From Promethearchaeota archaeon (GTDB lineage: Archaea > Asgardarchaeota > Lokiarchaeia > Sigyniarchaeales > SOKP01), in NCBI GenBank assembly GCA_016839585.1, contig JAEOTZ010000073.1:1-63713 (forward strand): a DNA stretch of 63,713 nt. Reading direction: 5' to 3'. The position numbers were made by a program, and so were the translations under genes. Under the pieces are notes generated by a model, which was given only the letters and a program-made list of their open reading frames with translations, was not told the origin of the DNA and searched no databases. The number at the start of each line of letters is the position of its first letter. The stretch's first letter is position 1. Positions 20,329 to 30,705 of this stretch are shown in pieces.

Positions 20329-21177
20329 TCAATCTTCTTTATTCAACTTAAATTTTTTAAAATCCATCGTTTCCAAATCTATGGTTACAAAGATTAAATG
20401 ATTTTCATGTTGGTGTGATTGCCCAGGTTGAATACAAATAGTCTTACCTATAGATGATTTCCATCTTCCTGAAACTTCGGGGCTCTCATGAATATGCCCA
20501 TGAAAAGAGAGTAATGGTTGATATTTCTTTAAAAATTTATAAATAGAAATAGATCCTACTGTTCGACCATCATAGCATACATCAAGCCCTATATTACTAG
20601 GTGGCATGTGAATTATATAAATTGCTTTGTTCATATTTTCTGGTTTTATCAATTGATTCATTTCATCCTCAAGTGTAGGAAGAGTTTCTATGTATGACAC
20701 CCAATCTTCAATTTTTATCCATCCATTTGGATTAGAGATGTATTGCTTCCCAATTTGTTTTGGTAATTTGAAATCTCTGTTATCCATCCTTGCCCTATCT
20801 TTAAGTCCAAAAGGAAGATCTGTCACCCAATTCATCCCAATAAATTCATACTCATGATCGTTCAATTGGAATTTTTTCTGGGCAACATTAAATACATGGG
20901 AGTATTTATCGCAAATCTCTTGAAATAGTCCATCAAATATTATACAATCATCATTACCAAGTTGACATGCAAAATAGATCCCTGAGGATTCAAATTTAGA
21001 AAAATAATCATCAAGAAAACCTGTTATAAATTTATCTTGATGTAGCAAATTCCCTTTAAAGAGAAGCATATCTCCTCCATTTATTATCATATCAATGTTT
21101 AAGGAAATAGCTTCATGAAAAACTCTTTCATATTTCCATTTTATTCCGTGTATATCTGTGACTAGAAGGAGCTTCAA
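20329..21177 (-). CDS. Calcineurin-like metallophosphoesterase
   Basis: TDIHG, GGD, GNDD, HMPP, HGHIHE. Confidence 0.88.
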   Translation of the reverse strand: MKLLLVTDIHGIKWKYERVFHEAISLNIDMIINGGDMLLFKGNLLHQDKFITGFLDDYFSKFESSGIYFACQLGNDDCIIFDGLFQEICDKYSHVFNVAQKKFQLNDHEYEFIGMNWVTDLPFGLKDRARMDNRDFKLPKQIGKQYISNPNGWIKIEDWVSYIETLPTLEDEMNQLIKPENMNKAIYIIHMPPSNIGLDVCYDGRTVGSISIYKFLKKYQPLLSFHGHIHESPEVSGRWKSSIGKTICIQPGQSHQHENHLIFVTIDLETMDFKKFKLNKED

Positions 21178-21326
21178 TTTTGTTAGCTTTATAATTTATA
21201 TTATAATTTAATCATATTTTCATTTAGAAACACTGAATAAGGAAATTTTCAATAATATAAAATTCTCTCCCTTTTTAAAGACCTAATAATTAGCTTAGAA
21301 ATTAATAAGAAATTTTTCATTTCATT

Positions 21327-23405
21327 TTAAAATAACAATCTTCTTATCTCATTTTCATAATCAATCGTTAAAGGAAAGGTATGCTTTAATTTAAGTTGTT
21401 CATTTCTACTTTTTATATCAAATTCATTATTAAGTTCTTTCAAAAGCCATAGTAACTTATACAGTTCAATTTTCTTCAAAAAATCTTTATTGATTGCATG
21501 ATATTTTGAGTATCCTTCATAAAAAGCATCTATAAAATTATATTTCTCTAAGTTTTTTAGTGTTAAATATTCTATTTTAACAAAATCTTGTGCTCTACAA
21601 CCAACACACCAATCATCAAAATCTATTAATCCGTTTACTAGAAAATTGGCAGTTTCTTCTTTCACAATAATATTTTGACCTTGAAAATCATTATGTATTA
21701 GGGCAAAATCAATTTGATCTTCAATTAATGCCTCATTATCTCTAAAGTAATCCCTTATCTCTTTTATGAATTCAAATTTGTGCCTTTTAGCTTCTTGAAT
21801 TTGATTTTCTAATTTTTTATCAAAAATCTCTAAAAGTGAATCTTTTTTTTTGCCAATATCTTTTACATTTTCGTAAGGAGATTCAAAATTTATATTGTGC
21901 AATTTTCCTAAAACCATTCCTAAATCTTTAAATAAATTTAGGAACTTTGTTTTCCTTAATGTAATTCCTTCATTTAAATATTGTTTTAAATACCAAAGTA
22001 ATGGTTTTCCGTGAATATAATCCTGTACTGTGAAGATATAGGGAACAGTTTCTTTAGTTTCATCATAATAAATCAAATTTCCTACGGATACAATAGGAGG
22101 TTTATCTTTATGGAAAATATAAGCCCCCATTTTACTCGATACAATACTATTTACCTGACCTGTGAGATTGTCTGTATCACCGCTTAATGTTCCATCTAAA
22201 AAGGGATATAATAATTTTTCTTTAACAATATTTTCAAATGGAAAGTTTTCACAAGTTCGAAATCTAAAAATTAAGTGATTATTTTCAAAATTAACTCTAT
22301 AAATTGTATTAATTGTAGCATCAAATGGACCTATTATTTTTTTAATCTTTCCTTGTTCAATTAAAACATCTACATTTGAAAATGTCTTAATAATTTCTTT
22401 AAATTGATAGAGTTCTTTTTTCCCTAAGAAATATAACTGATAAATCTGCTTTTGGTTAACTAAATAATTCACAGTAGCTTCTATTCTTCCTTTTGTTATT
22501 TCATCTAAATCTATTTGACGTTTAGGAGAAATTATACTAATCTCTTTAATAGGAGTTTTCAATCGTTCTTTATAGAGATGAAGAAACGCGTACTTTAATC
22601 CACGTCTTTCTTTTCCTTCATTTATTTTAATGTCATATATCTTATTTCTTATATCATTTATTTGATCTTGTAATTGATGAACTTCTAATATTTTATCTTC
22701 AAGAGCAAAATAGTATAATTTTGAGCTGAGATTTACTAAATTGCCAATACTAGATACTATTCCACTAAATCTTCTTTCTTCTAATGAAATTAATTGGAAG
22801 AAGTTTTGAAAACTGTCTTCCATCCCGCAATGAACTGAAAAATCATCATTTAATAGTTGAATATAGAATTTACAGTTTTTTATATTGTAAAAAGAATCAT
22901 TTAGTCCTTTCAGATTTGGGAAATCTCTTAAATAATTTAATATTTCGGGTTCTATCTCATTTCCAGCAAATTGATCTGGATTGTTGTGCAAATAAATCTG
23001 GTTTTTAAAATTAATTGCTCCTAATATGTTTTCAAAATATAATTTTAGACTCTCATTAGAGATTTTTTCTGAAATTGGGGGACTAATCATAAAATTGATA
23101 TCATTAAATCTTTTCGCCAAATCTTCCATTTGATCTATTGAATTCTCGACTTCATTGCTATAAACTCCAACCATAATAGGATTTTTACCTCCTGAGGCTT
23201 CAAGTGCTAAATTAATAAGCTTAATCTTCTTGTCTAATTTATCTGAAAAAAGTATTCCCTCTCCCGTATTTCCAAAAAGAATAAGTGAATCAGCTCCATT
23301 TGTTAATATGTGACGAATTAAAAGAGAATTTAATTCCTCATTGATTTCAAAATCTTTTTCATAGAAAGTAACAGTATCGCAGATAGCACCACTAATAGTT
23401 TGCAT
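21327..23405 (-). CDS. Fusion of DapA/NAL-like TIM barrel and APH/choline-kinase-like phosphotransferase
   Basis: N-half GNTGE barrel motif; C-half HNDFQGQNI and IDFDD kinase motifs. Confidence 0.8.
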   Translation of the reverse strand: MQTISGAICDTVTFYEKDFEINEELNSLLIRHILTNGADSLILFGNTGEGILFSDKLDKKIKLINLALEASGGKNPIMVGVYSNEVENSIDQMEDLAKRFNDINFMISPPISEKISNESLKLYFENILGAINFKNQIYLHNNPDQFAGNEIEPEILNYLRDFPNLKGLNDSFYNIKNCKFYIQLLNDDFSVHCGMEDSFQNFFQLISLEERRFSGIVSSIGNLVNLSSKLYYFALEDKILEVHQLQDQINDIRNKIYDIKINEGKERRGLKYAFLHLYKERLKTPIKEISIISPKRQIDLDEITKGRIEATVNYLVNQKQIYQLYFLGKKELYQFKEIIKTFSNVDVLIEQGKIKKIIGPFDATINTIYRVNFENNHLIFRFRTCENFPFENIVKEKLLYPFLDGTLSGDTDNLTGQVNSIVSSKMGAYIFHKDKPPIVSVGNLIYYDETKETVPYIFTVQDYIHGKPLLWYLKQYLNEGITLRKTKFLNLFKDLGMVLGKLHNINFESPYENVKDIGKKKDSLLEIFDKKLENQIQEAKRHKFEFIKEIRDYFRDNEALIEDQIDFALIHNDFQGQNIIVKEETANFLVNGLIDFDDWCVGCRAQDFVKIEYLTLKNLEKYNFIDAFYEGYSKYHAINKDFLKKIELYKLLWLLKELNNEFDIKSRNEQLKLKHTFPLTIDYENEIRRLLF

Positions 23406-23600
23406 TTCTAATCCCTTCAGTTGCTTATACTAAAAAAGAAACCTTGATCAGTTTTAAAATTTGGAAGATTTAGGATTTTTCAATTAATATATTATTATGT
23501 TTTCAAATAATAATATTTTATTTTATAAAATTAAAATATAATTAATTCTCTTGATAATAATCATTTATTAGATTTAAATTTCTGATTTTAGGGGTCCAAA

Positions 23601-24326
23601 ATTTTTTGTAAAATTGATGATAAAGATATTCCACTTGTTATTACGGGAACTAGTCCATTTATAGGAGCAGGTCAATTTGGATTTAAAGGACTTGAGTGGC
23701 GTCAAAAATTTTTAAATAATCCGGATAAAATGCTGGAAATTTTAGAAACAAGTTATCAAGCTGGTGCACGAGGGATTGAAGTTATCCCAATAGGGAAAAT
23801 CCTAGATGCTGCAAAAATTATGATAGATACTTATAGTGATTATGTTATTACAGGATCAACTTATCCAGGAATAGATCCTAAAATTGAAGCACTTATAGAA
23901 AATGGTGCCAAATTAATATTTGTTCACGCAATTATCTCAGATAGAAAAGGCAGAATAATGACTAAACTTTTAGATGCTATTTCGAATCGCGGAATAATTC
24001 CTGGGATTGCAACACATGAACCAGTATCAATGATAAGATATGTAATAGAAAATAATTTAAATGTAAGAGTGTTTTTAATACCTTTTAATGCAAACCGAGT
24101 ATTTATGGGTAATGCTAAGGAATTAGAAGAAATTGTTGACAATACAAAAGAATACCATTTTATAGGAATGAAGACTTTAGCTGCTGGAGCAATTATCCCT
24201 AAAATTGCATTCAATTATATTTCTAGGCATAATATAACTGCTGTTACTATTGGAATGGTAACAAAACAACAAGCAGAAGAATCAACTAAAATTGCTTTAA
24301 AAGCATTAAGTAATAAAAAAGCATAA
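23601..24326 (+). CDS. Conserved archaeal TIM-barrel (aldo/keto reductase-like) protein; start uncertain
   Basis: GMKTLAAG, GIATH; frame open upstream of ATG 23730 through GTSPFIGAGQFG to a stop at 23589. Confidence 0.6.
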   Translation: MFCKIDDKDIPLVITGTSPFIGAGQFGFKGLEWRQKFLNNPDKMLEILETSYQAGARGIEVIPIGKILDAAKIMIDTYSDYVITGSTYPGIDPKIEALIENGAKLIFVHAIISDRKGRIMTKLLDAISNRGIIPGIATHEPVSMIRYVIENNLNVRVFLIPFNANRVFMGNAKELEEIVDNTKEYHFIGMKTLAAGAIIPKIAFNYISRHNITAVTIGMVTKQQAEESTKIALKALSNKKA

Positions 24327-24353
24327 TTATATTTTTTTAGATTCTTTAATTTA

Positions 24354-24986
24354 TTATTTCAAATACTTCCTAACTATCTCTCCCCTTGGTTCTTTTTCCT
24401 CAAACAATATTGCTTGAAAAGAATATATTTTTGTATCCTTCATTTTCCATGCATCTTCAGGTAACCATGCTTTCATACATGTATGTGAAAGAAATGTTTC
24501 AATATCCCAATTTCTGTCATGATCTATTGGGACTTGGGGAAGTAGTAACCCTCTTCTCATCCCTTTTTCAGCTATAAGACCATCTCTACCTATTACAATT
24601 TTATCAAGATATTCTTTTGGATCATTTACATCTAATAATTTAGGGGGTGTTAATATAGATAATTCAATTACTATATCGTCCATTTCTTCAATTGTTACAG
24701 AAGGAAATCGTGGATCTTCTATAGCTGAACTAACCGAAACCTTATGAATCACATCATATAAAGGATATGTTGGTTCTATGTAACCAATACACCCCCTTAA
24801 GGTATTTCCACTAATATCAAATCTATTTAAGGTCACAAATGCTCCAAACATTTCTCCAAATTTATCTTTCATTTCTTGAGGAATGGGGATCCTTCTATTA
24901 TTTTTCAAAAAATATTCGATATTTTCACGAGCAAACCTGATAAGTAGCTTACCATCTTCAATACTAAATTTTTCATCATTAGTCAT
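24354..24986 (-). CDS. AMMECR1 (AmmeMemoRadiSam A) family protein
   Basis: GAFVTL, LRGCIG, DPRF, GLLLPQV. Confidence 0.93.
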   Translation of the reverse strand: MTNDEKFSIEDGKLLIRFARENIEYFLKNNRRIPIPQEMKDKFGEMFGAFVTLNRFDISGNTLRGCIGYIEPTYPLYDVIHKVSVSSAIEDPRFPSVTIEEMDDIVIELSILTPPKLLDVNDPKEYLDKIVIGRDGLIAEKGMRRGLLLPQVPIDHDRNWDIETFLSHTCMKAWLPEDAWKMKDTKIYSFQAILFEEKEPRGEIVRKYLK

Positions 24987-25045
24987 TTTCTTGTTACCAA
25001 TATTCTTTATTCTATTTTTTATTATGTTATTTATACATTTATATT

Positions 25046-26440
25046 TTATAACGATCTTTTTATTACTTTTCCTATTGGTTCAATAGCTTCAACATTTATT
25101 TCGATTCCACTTAAAAATACTTTCCAAATTTGAACTGATGTTTTTAAACTTTCGAATGGGGAATATTTAGCCTTACTTTTGAACTTTTTAGAATTTATGG
25201 TATATTCGGGAATTTTCCCCACAATAATCAAATCAGCGTCGTATCCTTCTTTTATTGACCCTTTATTTATTAAATTGAATTTTTTAGCGGGATTTTCTGA
25301 TGCACATTTTACAAAATTCTCTAAAGGAAGTTGGTATTGAAAAACTTTATTAAGTAATAATAGTGGATATGTTTCAAAACCTGGAAAACCAGATGGTGCA
25401 CTAGCATATTGTTGAGATTTTTCCTCTAAAGTATGTGGTGCGTGATCTGTTCCAATCAATTCGATATTTCCATTTTCAAGTTCATTAAATAAGAATTTAG
25501 GATGTTTCTCATCTCTTAAAGGTGGTAGTACTTTACCATAGTTTTCATTTTCTAGATTTAAATTATTTGATAAAAGTAAATGATGAGGAGTAATTTCAAA
25601 AGAAATTTTAAATTTCCTTTCAGAACCTAAAGTTTCTTTTATTACACGATAACTATTTTTACAACTTATATGGCAAAAATGAATAATTGGGTATTTTTCT
25701 GGAGTTAATTTATTATCGCTAATAGTTTTTTTATATTGATTTATAATAAATTTAACGTAATTTTCCTCCATATTAACAGAATGTAATTTATTATGAAAAT
25801 CTAAAACATTTTTTCCTTTATTTTTAAATTTTTCAACTTTTTTTTCTTTTTCAGAATCAGAGATCGGCCAATCTGAATGTATAAATATTGGAATCTTAAA
25901 TTTAGAGGAAATAATTAAGATAGATTGGATATTACGTGGGTCTTTCCAATCTATTTCGTTTAATGAGTCAAGTGGATAAATTTTAAATCCAATAACCCCT
26001 AAATCTATAATTTTTTTTATTTCATCCTCATCAATTCCTTTAGGAACCCCCGCAATAAATCCGACATTAACATAAATATTGTTTTCTGCTCTTTTTATCC
26101 ACTTTTTAATTTGTGCTGTATTGATAGCAGGAGGTTTTGTATTTGGCATATTGAACACAGTTGTTATGCCAGAGAAAGCTGCTGCTTTTGTGCCAGTTAT
26201 AAAAGTCTCCTTTTCGCTTTGTCCCATATCTCGCAAATGAGAATGAATATCTATTATTCCTGGTAAAACCAATTTATTTTGACAACCAATTTCTTTTTTA
26301 TCTTCATTTTTTTCAACTAAATCTTTGTAATTTTTTTCGCTCAGGTTAAATTTAATTGAGTGTATTAACCCTTTATTAATGAGAAGAGCTCCCTTACGTA
26401 TTAAGCCATCAGTATAAATTTTTACATTTTTAAGAATCAT
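25046..26440 (-). CDS. pyrC: Dihydroorotase (amidohydrolase family)
   Basis: DIHSHLR, MPNT.P, EITPHH, PPLR, TDHAPH. Confidence 0.85.
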   Translation of the reverse strand: MILKNVKIYTDGLIRKGALLINKGLIHSIKFNLSEKNYKDLVEKNEDKKEIGCQNKLVLPGIIDIHSHLRDMGQSEKETFITGTKAAAFSGITTVFNMPNTKPPAINTAQIKKWIKRAENNIYVNVGFIAGVPKGIDEDEIKKIIDLGVIGFKIYPLDSLNEIDWKDPRNIQSILIISSKFKIPIFIHSDWPISDSEKEKKVEKFKNKGKNVLDFHNKLHSVNMEENYVKFIINQYKKTISDNKLTPEKYPIIHFCHISCKNSYRVIKETLGSERKFKISFEITPHHLLLSNNLNLENENYGKVLPPLRDEKHPKFLFNELENGNIELIGTDHAPHTLEEKSQQYASAPSGFPGFETYPLLLLNKVFQYQLPLENFVKCASENPAKKFNLINKGSIKEGYDADLIIVGKIPEYTINSKKFKSKAKYSPFESLKTSVQIWKVFLSGIEINVEAIEPIGKVIKRSL

Positions 26441-26447
26441 ACGATTT

Positions 26448-27104
26448 TTAAATATAGATTTGTTGATCAATTTGAAAATTAATATATAAAATTTTATTTT
26501 CTACTCCTTCAATTTTTGAAAGATTTCCACATTTAATATTTTTCAACTTCTCAAATAGTTCGACAACATCAGAATTATCTTTTGATATAGTATAAGTTGG
26601 CATAATGAATAATAACTCACTTAGATTACCTAAAGTCTCATTACTGAAGATCATAAAATCACATTCTTCTCTAGAATATTGATCACTATCCAATATTAAA
26701 TAACAGTTTTCCGTTAAAATTGATTTTAAAAAAGCGTAAAAAGTGTTGTTATCTTTAAAACCTCTAACAAAAATTCCAGGGGTTGATTTTATCCATTCTT
26801 TATATATAAGACTTTTATATTGGTTAGCTATGTCAATGGTCTTTTTTAGTAGTAATGCTTGAGATCTTTCATCTGGTCCTAAATATTTTAATTTTTCTCC
26901 TTTAAATTGTATTAACAAATGTTCATTTTGAAAATATAAATAGAGAGTATTGTATTTCCTAATTGAATAAGATAAACAAAATGTTTCTCTAATACATGAA
27001 CAGAGTTTATATATTTCTAAAGGTGTCTTTCCTTTATCAATATCGCTTTTTGAGTAAATAGTTATATTTTTGACAAATAATAGGAAATTAACCAATTTTA
27101 TCAA
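26448..27104 (-). CDS. TrmY-like SPOUT protein (divergent)
   Basis: LSYSIR and LGPDERS, STPGI motifs; adjacent to srp54. Confidence 0.55.
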   Translation of the reverse strand: MIKLVNFLLFVKNITIYSKSDIDKGKTPLEIYKLCSCIRETFCLSYSIRKYNTLYLYFQNEHLLIQFKGEKLKYLGPDERSQALLLKKTIDIANQYKSLIYKEWIKSTPGIFVRGFKDNNTFYAFLKSILTENCYLILDSDQYSREECDFMIFSNETLGNLSELLFIMPTYTISKDNSDVVELFEKLKNIKCGNLSKIEGVENKILYINFQIDQQIYI

Positions 27105-27126
27105 GAGAGCCTATTAATATATAAAT

Positions 27127-28491
27127 TTATAAACCTCCAAATTGTTTGAATAATTGATCAAAACCAGGAGGGAGTTTAGGACCTCCTCCTTTTCCACCTT
27201 TTTTCCTCATTTGCATGAATCTTTTCATAAACTTTTTCATTTGATTATATTGATCAAGCATCTTGTTTATTACAGAATATTCTACACCAGATCCAATTGA
27301 AATCCTTCTTTTTCTAGTCTTTTTAATGATTTTTGGATTTTCTTTTTCTACTTGTGTCATAGAATTAAGTACCACTTCCCATTTTTCTAAACCCTTTTCC
27401 ATGTCGTCTTTTAGAACATCTGGAATATTTCCTGCACCCATCATTGTAAGTATTTGTTTCATCTTCCCAACTTTCTTTATACTTTTAAGTTGTTCATAAA
27501 GATCTTCGAGTGTGAATTTTCCATGCATTAAACGCTTTATAGTTTCCTGATCTGGCATAACTTCTGCTTCTTGCACTTTTTGAATTAGCCCTTCAATATC
27601 TGGTACTCCCAATAAGGTTCCTACAAATTTTATTGGTTCAAATTCCTCAAATTCATCAATTTTCTCACCAATACCGATAAATCGAATACCAACTCCTGTG
27701 GCAGCACAAGCAGATAAAGCCCCACCACCTTTAGCTGTACCATCCAATTTTGTAATTATGATACTTCCTAGATTCGTAGCCTTAGCAAATTCTTCTGCTT
27801 GAGAATAAGCTTGTTGTCCTAAAGTACCATCAATGACTAGAATTACTTCATTTGGCTTTAGAGATTGCTCTATTTTTGTCATTTCTTCCATTAATTCCTT
27901 TTCTTCCTTATGTCTTCCAGCAGTATCAACAATAATAATATCAAATGCTTCTAAGATCGCTTTTTTAGTTTCTTTAACAGCAATTTTTATAGAATTTTTT
28001 TCATTTAGATTCCCAAAACAACGTACTCCGATTTTTTCAGTTAACTGCACAAGTTGTTCATATGCACCAGGACGCCATGTATCAGAAGTAACAGTGGCAA
28101 CTTTAAAACCCTTAGCTAAATAGTATTTTGCTAACTTAGCAACTGTTGTTGTTTTTCCCGATCCTTGAATTCCAACTAGTAATATAACATTTTTTTTTCC
28201 TGGTTTTATCCTTATAGGAGCTGGTTTTCCACCTAAGATTTTTATTAATTCATCGTGAATTAATTTAATTATAAAATCTTTTCGCCTTGCTTTCTGCAGT
28301 TTAGTGTTCATTGCTTCCTTTTTAATATTCTCAGTCATTTCAAACACTAATTCAACTTTCACATCAGCGGAAAGCAAAGCTCTCTGTAGATCTTGTATTA
28401 AAGCATTAATTGCATCTTTGTCAACTTGGGGTAATCGCCTTATTTTTCTAATTGTATTATCCAAACTCCTGCCTAATTTCTCTAAAACCAT
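27127..28491 (-). CDS. srp54: Signal recognition particle protein SRP54
   Basis: [20 protein letters not shown], Met-rich M domain. Confidence 0.98.
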   Translation of the reverse strand: MVLEKLGRSLDNTIRKIRRLPQVDKDAINALIQDLQRALLSADVKVELVFEMTENIKKEAMNTKLQKARRKDFIIKLIHDELIKILGGKPAPIRIKPGKKNVILLVGIQGSGKTTTVAKLAKYYLAKGFKVATVTSDTWRPGAYEQLVQLTEKIGVRCFGNLNEKNSIKIAVKETKKAILEAFDIIIVDTAGRHKEEKELMEEMTKIEQSLKPNEVILVIDGTLGQQAYSQAEEFAKATNLGSIIITKLDGTAKGGGALSACAATGVGIRFIGIGEKIDEFEEFEPIKFVGTLLGVPDIEGLIQKVQEAEVMPDQETIKRLMHGKFTLEDLYEQLKSIKKVGKMKQILTMMGAGNIPDVLKDDMEKGLEKWEVVLNSMTQVEKENPKIIKKTRKRRISIGSGVEYSVINKMLDQYNQMKKFMKRFMQMRKKGGKGGGPKLPPGFDQLFKQFGGL

Positions 28492-28641
28492 AGTTAACCT
28501 AAATCAGATTTTATCTCAATTATTTATAATTTTCAAAAAATAATATTTTTCTTGAAATAAAAATAATATTATATAAAAGAATAGAATTGTCTGAATTAAA
28601 AGTATTTTGATAAAAAAAACAATCCAAAGGTGTAAAAATAA

Positions 28642-29070
28642 TTGTCAATTAGAAGAACAGAAATACAGAAGCTAAAAGCTGGACAATACATCATGAATGA
28701 AGGTGAACCTTGTCAGATTAAGTCAACTGAGCGTTCAAAAAGTGGTAAACATGGACATGCAAAGGTCCGAATTGTTTGTGTAGGTATATTTGATAATAAT
28801 AAGAGATCTTTAACCTTTCCAAGTGGTTCGATGGTTGATGTTCCAGAAATCGTCAAAGGTAATGCTCAAATCAATTTTATCGAAGATAATTTAATTAATA
28901 TCATGAATCTAGAAACTTATGAATCAATTGATATAGAATGGCCAAAAGACGAAGAATTAGTTAGAAAACTTAAAGAGATACAAGCAGATCCAAATAAAAT
29001 GTCAGCTTCTCAGATTGAATTTTGGCAACTTGCTGGTAAAACTCTGATCAATAGAGTTTTTCAAAATTAA
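28642..29070 (+). CDS. eif5a: Translation factor aIF5A
   Basis: KSGKHGHAK hypusine motif. Confidence 0.96.
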   Translation: MSIRRTEIQKLKAGQYIMNEGEPCQIKSTERSKSGKHGHAKVRIVCVGIFDNNKRSLTFPSGSMVDVPEIVKGNAQINFIEDNLINIMNLETYESIDIEWPKDEELVRKLKEIQADPNKMSASQIEFWQLAGKTLINRVFQN

Positions 29071-29186
29071 TCAAATTTTTTTTGAATTCTTTCTAAATAG
29101 ATCAAAAGTTTTATTTTCTTTAAAACCATAATTTTTTTGAGAATTAAACATAAATCAAAATTAGTTTTTGAAATTCTGAGATACAC

Positions 29187-30095
29187 ATGGAAAAAAAAGC
29201 AATAGCAATAGCAAGCAGATTAGATTCTGAACGTGCGATAAAATTAGTAAAGAGAATTTTTGAATTTCTAATTAAGAAAGGTGAAGTTGTTTATTTAGAA
29301 ACTCGAATTGCTCCTAGAATTTTACCACATAGTGCAAAAGATTTAATTCAAATGACTTCTGATAATATAAAATTTTTAATATCTACTGGTGGGGATGGAA
29401 CACTGCTGCGGGTAGCAAATAGTCTACCACAAGATGATCCACCTCCGATAATAGGTGTAAATATCAGATCTTTAGGCTTTTTAGATGAATCTAATGAAAG
29501 AACTATATTTAAGGATTTAAATCAAATATTAAATGGTGATTATTATATTGAAAAGTGCTCAAAAATAACACCTTATATTGTAAAGAATAATTCTCAGGAA
29601 ATTAAGCTAAATAATGCCTTAAATGAAATTTTAATTATATCATCTAAAAGTTCTAAAGTATTACAGATATCTGTAAAAGTTAATGGGGTTTTTTTAAATC
29701 GAAGTTATTTAGATGGATTAATTATCTCCACATCCACCGGTTCCACGGCATATAACTTGAGTGCTGGTGGAGCAATTGTTAGTCCTACCTTAGAAATTAT
29801 GCAATTAACACCATTAAATAGTTTTGCTCGTTCTGGATTAAAACCAATAGTTCTTCCAATTAATAGTGAAGTAGAGGTTCAACTTTTAAGACCACGCTTA
29901 AATGCAAAAATCGTCATCGATGGTCAATATACTGTAAAACATATACAACCAAATACTAGAATTAGGATAAGAAAGGCATCCTCATACACTAAATTTATAC
30001 GATTTACTAACAAAAAAGTAAATTACTATAGGCGCTTAAGGAAGAAAATTATAGGAACATTAAGGGTCCCCCTAGATGACAGCCCTGAAGAATAA
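29187..30095 (+). CDS. nadK: NAD kinase
   Basis: GGDGT, LNE, TGSTAYNLSAGG. Confidence 0.95.
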   Translation: MEKKAIAIASRLDSERAIKLVKRIFEFLIKKGEVVYLETRIAPRILPHSAKDLIQMTSDNIKFLISTGGDGTLLRVANSLPQDDPPPIIGVNIRSLGFLDESNERTIFKDLNQILNGDYYIEKCSKITPYIVKNNSQEIKLNNALNEILIISSKSSKVLQISVKVNGVFLNRSYLDGLIISTSTGSTAYNLSAGGAIVSPTLEIMQLTPLNSFARSGLKPIVLPINSEVEVQLLRPRLNAKIVIDGQYTVKHIQPNTRIRIRKASSYTKFIRFTNKKVNYYRRLRKKIIGTLRVPLDDSPEE

Positions 30096-30636
30096 AGATA
30101 GAGATAGAAGAGAAAAGATCTCAATTTTTGATGCTAATATTTTTCTAACTGGGATAGATTTCAATATTTTTGATGAAATAATATTTACTACTCCAGGTAT
30201 TATTAATGAAATTAAAATAAAAAAGACTCATAGAAATATTTTAAACAAAATTCAAGTAGCTATTGAGACTAAAAAATTAAGAGTAAGGATTCCAGAAAGA
30301 AAATATATACAAGAGATAGAGAGAAAATCTATGATAACAGGGGATTTTAATGCGCTTTCAAGAGAAGATAAGGACTTATTAGCTTTAGCTTTAGAGTTAA
30401 GAGAAGAGTCTGATCAAAATATAAGAATGTATACTAATGACTATTCGATAGAAAATGTATGTTCTAAATTGAATATCCCTTTTTCACCAATATTTAAAGA
30501 AGGCATTAAAAAAATGATAATTTGGGAAATATATTGTCCTTTTTGTAAGCAAATTTACAATACAGACGATTTAAGTAAAAATTGTGAACGATGTGGATCA
30601 CCGCTGAAAAGAAGACCTAATCGTAATAAACATTAG
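30076..30636 (+). CDS. nob1: Nob1-like PIN endonuclease with zinc ribbon
   Basis: DAN, LS.ED..LLALA, TNDYSIEN, CxxC/CxxC. Confidence 0.88.
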   Translation: MTALKNKDRDRREKISIFDANIFLTGIDFNIFDEIIFTTPGIINEIKIKKTHRNILNKIQVAIETKKLRVRIPERKYIQEIERKSMITGDFNALSREDKDLLALALELREESDQNIRMYTNDYSIENVCSKLNIPFSPIFKEGIKKMIIWEIYCPFCKQIYNTDDLSKNCERCGSPLKRRPNRNKH

Positions 30637-30705
30637 TAGTGGTAATTATATAAATAAATATCTATATATTAATATCGAAGTTAATAAAAAGGTAAGAATA
30701 AAGAA

